A stretch of 64,000 nt of DNA, taken from positions 1,440,001 to 1,504,000 of the forward strand of contig OZ250169.1 in assembly GCA_965237955.1 (NCBI GenBank), read 5' to 3'. Position numbers and translations under genes: made by a program. The DNA is from Candidatus Marinacidobacterales bacterium (GTDB lineage: Bacteria > Acidobacteriota > Vicinamibacteria > Marinacidobacterales > SMYC01). The notes under the pieces are model-generated. The model saw only the letters and a program-made list of their open reading frames with translations, did no database searches and was not told the origin of the DNA. This document shows positions 61,078 to 64,000 of this stretch, in pieces; the first letter of the stretch is position 1, and each line of letters begins with the position of its first letter.

Positions 61078-62241
61078 ATGCGTTTCCTTCACACCGGAGA
61101 CTGGCACGTCGGGAAAACGCTCCGCGGACGGAGCCGTGCCGACGAGCATCGCGCGGTCCTGAAAGAGATTGCCGAGCTCGCCCGAGACCAGAAGGTCGAC
61201 ATCGCTCTCGTCGCCGGCGATCTGTTCGACTCCGCATCGCCCACCGCCGAATCCGAGGAGATCGTTTATGGCGCGCTGTTGGAGTTAGCGCACGCGAGCG
61301 AATGGGTGGTCGTCATCTCGGGAAATCACGACAACCCGAGACGGCTCGCGGCGGTCGAGCCGCTGATGCGGCTCACGAACATCCGCGTGCGGCCGGCGCT
61401 AGCGCTCCCTGAAGATGGAGGCGTCATCGTTCTCCAGACGAAAGTCGGTGACGCGCGCATCGCGATGCTCCCGTTCCTGTCACAACGTCTCATCGTGAAG
61501 GCCGACGACCTCATGATGCGCGACACGTTCGAGCATCTCGGGAGCTATGCCGAGCGAGCGCATCGGATCATCCAGTCCTTGTGCCCTGATAATGCTGATG
61601 CGCCGCCTCAGACCGTAGATATTCTGCTCGCGCACGCGATGGTGCATGGCGGCGTCATGGGCGGCGGCGAGCGACAGGCTCACACCATCTTCGAGTACAG
61701 TATTCCCACGACCGTGTTTCCGAGCTCGCTGCACTACACGGCTCTGGGCCACCTTCACCGTGCGCAAAAGCTTCCGGGCGCATGTCCCATCTGGTACTCG
61801 GGCTCCCCGCTCCAGCTCGACTTTGGCGAGACGCGTGACGATAAAAGCGTCAACATCGTGGATGCGGAGCTCGGCGTGCCGGCCACGGTGGCGTCCCTTC
61901 CGCTCACGGCAGGCCGTCACTTGCGCCACGTCAAGACGACCATGGAAAAGCTTATCGAGGTCGCCGCCGAAGCGGGCGACGACTACCTTCGCGTCGAGAT
62001 CGATGCACCGCCGGCACCGGGCCTCGCCGATCAGGTGCGCGCACGATTGCCGAACGCCGTCGACGTGCAGATATCGAGGTGTCACCCGAAGCGCGATGAC
62101 ACCGATCGAGCGCACCCGACTCGCATCGGACGCTCGCCCCGCGAGCTCTTCCACGAGTATCTGTCCGAGCGCGGCGAGGACGACCGACGGCTCAAAGCAC
62201 TCTTCGACGAGCTTCTCGAGGAAGTCTATGCGCCCGATTAG
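61078..62241 (+). CDS. sbcD: SbcD/Mre11 nuclease
   Basis: HTGDWHVG, AGDLFD, GNHD, ALGHLH and YSGSP motifs. Confidence 0.93.
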   Translation: MRFLHTGDWHVGKTLRGRSRADEHRAVLKEIAELARDQKVDIALVAGDLFDSASPTAESEEIVYGALLELAHASEWVVVISGNHDNPRRLAAVEPLMRLTNIRVRPALALPEDGGVIVLQTKVGDARIAMLPFLSQRLIVKADDLMMRDTFEHLGSYAERAHRIIQSLCPDNADAPPQTVDILLAHAMVHGGVMGGGERQAHTIFEYSIPTTVFPSSLHYTALGHLHRAQKLPGACPIWYSGSPLQLDFGETRDDKSVNIVDAELGVPATVASLPLTAGRHLRHVKTTMEKLIEVAAEAGDDYLRVEIDAPPAPGLADQVRARLPNAVDVQISRCHPKRDDTDRAHPTRIGRSPRELFHEYLSERGEDDRRLKALFDELLEEVYAPD

Positions 62242-64000
62242 ACTCGAGCTCGAAGGTTTTACGGCGTATCGCGAGTACACCGTCCTCGATTTCGACGGCG
62301 CCGACTTGTTCGTGCTGACCGGACCCACCGGCTCAGGCAAGTCGAGCATCATCGACGCAATCACGTTCGCACTCTACGGAAGCGTGCCGCGGTACCAGAA
62401 CCCGAACCTCGTCCATCCCGTGATTAGCCAGGGGAAAGTCGAGGCCAGAGTCCGTTTCGACTTTGCGATCGCGGAGCGCGTGTACACAGCCGTGCGAGTT
62501 GTCCGCAAGACAGCCCGCGGAGGCGCGACGACCAAAGAAGCCCGTCTCGAGACCGACGGCCGCCTCGTCGCCGGCACCGCCGACGACATCACGCGGAAGA
62601 TGCGCGAGCTCCTCGGACTCAACTTCGAGCAGTTCACGACGTGCGTCGTGCTGCCACAGGGTGACTTCGCGCGCTTTCTCCACGAGAAACCCGCCCAACG
62701 TCAGGACTTGTTGACGAAGCTTCTCGGTGTCGACATTTACGAGAAGATGGGGACCCTCGCCCGCACCCGCGAGTCGGTGGCGAAGCAGAAAACTCAGCTC
62801 CACGAGGACGAGCTCGAGCAGATCCAGAACGCGACCACGGTGGCGAAGAAAGCGGCGGCATCGAAGGTCAAGGATCTCGAAAAGCTCAAGGTTGCGATCG
62901 AAAAGGCCGAGCCCGAGCTCGAGCGCCTCGACAAGGAAGTCGAGGCGAAGGGGGCCGAGGCCGTGCTTCTCGAAGCCGACGCCGAGCTTTTGAAGAGCTT
63001 GCGAATACCGCGTGGACTCACCGAGTTCGCCGACAAGATCGAGAACGCGCGTGCCGACTACGATCGGGCGCGGAAGGCACGTAGCGAGGCCGACGACGCC
63101 TTGCACCGGGCAGAGGCCGCGCGCGCGCAACTCGGCGACCCAGCGGAGCTCAAAGAGATACTTCGCGCACACGAAGATCACACCGAGCGAGCCCAAGAGC
63201 TCGAAGCGGCGAGAAGCGACTCGGCCGCGGCCGAGTCCCAACTCCAAAAGCATGAGTCGGGTCGCGCCAAATCGGAAGCTCGACTCGCCCACGCCCGTGC
63301 GGCCGTCGACGCCGCTCGCCGCGAGCTCGCCGCCCACGACCTCGGCACTCATCTGAAGGCGGGTAAGCCGTGCCCAGTGTGCTTGGTAGTTCTTGCCGAG
63401 GTCCCAGCGCTCACGCTCCCACCAGCACTCTCGAACGCGGAAAAAGACCTCGAGCGTGTCGAGAAAGAACGAAAGAAAGAAGACCGGGCTTTTCGTGACG
63501 TCGAGAAGCAGGCGACGCTCGCCCACGAACGGGTCCGCTCTCTTGCCAGCAAGCTCGAGGCGACCGAGAAAACGCTCTCAAAGGTTGATCCGACGGCGAT
63601 CGAGACCGAGCTCAGGGAGATCGAAAAAGCCGAGACAGAGCTCGCCGTCGCGCGCAAAACGGACCGCTCCGCGCGGAACCAAGAGAAGCGTGCTCACGAA
63701 GAAATGGATCGCTTGTCCGACGAAGAGACGCGCGCCTGGAAACGTTTCGAGGAAGCGCGCGACGCGGTCGCTACCCTGAGCCCTCCGCGAACCGACGGGG
63801 AGGCTCTGGGAGAAGCGTGGACGAAGTTGTCCGCATGGGCGAAAGCAAAATCGCCGCAGCATCTCGAGCTGGCCGAAAAAGCGTCGGCAGACGCTCGGGC
63901 CGCCGTGCAGACCAAGGCAAAGCTGATCGATGAGCTACAAAAACAGGGTGACGAGCTCGGCGTCGCCCTTCCCGAGGAGCGCCCTCGGGACGCTGTCGTG
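62228..64000 (+). CDS. sbcC: SbcC/Rad50 SMC-like ATPase (3' partial)
   Basis: MRPIRLELEGF, GPTGSGKS, LPQGDF, coiled coil and CPVC zinc hook near 63371; runs off the window. Confidence 0.92.
   Translation, partial: MRPIRLELEGFTAYREYTVLDFDGADLFVLTGPTGSGKSSIIDAITFALYGSVPRYQNPNLVHPVISQGKVEARVRFDFAIAERVYTAVRVVRKTARGGATTKEARLETDGRLVAGTADDITRKMRELLGLNFEQFTTCVVLPQGDFARFLHEKPAQRQDLLTKLLGVDIYEKMGTLARTRESVAKQKTQLHEDELEQIQNATTVAKKAAASKVKDLEKLKVAIEKAEPELERLDKEVEAKGAEAVLLEADAELLKSLRIPRGLTEFADKIENARADYDRARKARSEADDALHRAEAARAQLGDPAELKEILRAHEDHTERAQELEAARSDSAAAESQLQKHESGRAKSEARLAHARAAVDAARRELAAHDLGTHLKAGKPCPVCLVVLAEVPALTLPPALSNAEKDLERVEKERKKEDRAFRDVEKQATLAHERVRSLASKLEATEKTLSKVDPTAIETELREIEKAETELAVARKTDRSARNQEKRAHEEMDRLSDEETRAWKRFEEARDAVATLSPPRTDGEALGEAWTKLSAWAKAKSPQHLELAEKASADARAAVQTKAKLIDELQKQGDELGVALPEERPRDAVV

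Overview
GC-rich bacterial chromosomal segment. Gene content (DUF4388-J-TPR, DUF481, DUF4136, DUF1570-TPR, PQQ-quinoprotein remnant, many leaderless genes) suggests an uncultured Acidobacteria-like organism; this is inference only. Ordinary genes include a TRAP transporter, an ALDH7-type dehydrogenase, a CADD-like diiron protein, thiI, sixA, typA, a csp gene, HtrA with a two-component pair, an SSS symporter, an XPD-like helicase-nuclease and sbcD/sbcC. They are mixed with about ten gene remnants, many frameshifts or premature stops, two dispersed short-repeat families, a 124-bp MITE, IS91-, IS5- and rve-type relics and a 387/388-bp duplication. The standout is a complete 2,634-bp IS1-like cargo transposon (36813-39446; 16-bp perfect terminal inverted repeats, 8-bp target-site duplication). 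It carries three accessory ORFs, a diverged second copy of the transposase tail, and a candidate ~235-nt highly structured RNA with its own promoter and terminator, antisense to a small hydrophobic ORF with a perfect Shine-Dalgarno. No rRNA, tRNA or CRISPR array was seen. All family calls are by eye from motifs; no searches were run.
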